NCBI GenBank assembly: GCA_037379345.1
Contig: CM074520.1
Location: 40,892,664 to 40,956,663 of the forward strand
Direction of reading: 5' to 3'
Source: Perna viridis
Taxonomy: Eukaryota
Length of the DNA: 64,000 nt
The notes under the pieces were generated by a model. That model saw nothing but the letters and a program-made list of their open reading frames with translations. It was not told the origin of the DNA and did not search any database. Shown piece after piece: positions 63,452 through 64,000 of the stretch (within the stretch, counting starts at the first letter, position 1; each line of letters opens with the position of its first letter). The translations under genes were made by a program, and so were the position numbers.

Positions 63452-63648
63452 GTTAAGAGAAATAACAATTGAAACCAGTAATATGTTTGTATCATATTCA
63501 ATTTCACCAAAGACTATCAAGCTTTCATTTGAAACAGAATGAAATCAATCCAAGTTACTTTAATGCTTACATGAAATTGATGTAAAATAATGAATACAAC
63601 CGTTCCAATGTACGAGTTGTGTTCCTTACCCAAGGTCTATCTCCTTAA
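63452..63648 (-). mobile_element. Same TTAA MITE, copy 9 (one end degraded)
   Basis: Internal sequence and right TIR plus ttaa match. Confidence 0.75.
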
Positions 63649-64000
63649 TATGCACTGATTTGATTTTTCATCCTGGATTTCTTTCAAATTCAGCTATCAC
63701 CATTATATTTTTTGTTTTAAATTGTTCTTGTTCTTATTATGTATGAAGTATAAACTAAAGATACAAAATGGTATACTTTAATGATCAAAGCACTTATAAG
63801 AAATAATAGAACCGGAGTACTACAGCTGAGAAAAATCAAGTCGCCCCTTCATTAAACCGATCTGACGTATCCTTTCAAAGCCAGCCATACATAAACAGTT
63901 CACGCTTCACATAAACGTAAAAGCAAAATGAAATTTAACTACATAGTACCCCGTTAACTTTGACATACAAATGTAAATGAGTTGCATGAAGTAAAAATTA

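Overview
AT-rich animal genomic DNA with spliceosomal introns; the repeat families look like those of a bivalve mollusc (inference). Most short ORFs in the supplied track are spurious. I rebuilt three minus-strand genes by hand, each with GT-AG introns, consistent phases and a total length divisible by 3. (1) A 13-exon LRRC74-like protein with LRRs and 2 EF-hands (18900->958, 580 aa). (2) A 2-exon type II membrane protein with a tyrosine-motif-rich N-terminal tail and a C-terminal farnesoic-acid-O-methyltransferase-like (Methyltransf_FA) domain (26503->23780, 289 aa). (3) A 16-coding-exon, ~2228-aa protein (57527->32518): coiled coil - SAM - coiled coil - non-RD TKL kinase - WASP-GBD-like helical segment - long charged region with WH2-like motifs - Pro-rich segment - C-terminal WASP/WAVE-like C helix and Trp tail. 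Gene 3 is the most interesting object. It looks like a protein kinase fused to an Arp2/3 nucleation-promoting (WASP-like) module that lacks a CRIB. Introns and intergenic DNA contain nine copies of a TTAA-flanked MITE, Penelope-like 3' fragments, a SINE with an 11-bp TSD, foldback elements, a minisatellite that amplifies a splice donor, and a ~376-bp repeat carrying degenerate minimal hammerhead-ribozyme motifs (retrozyme-like). There is one 170-N assembly gap.
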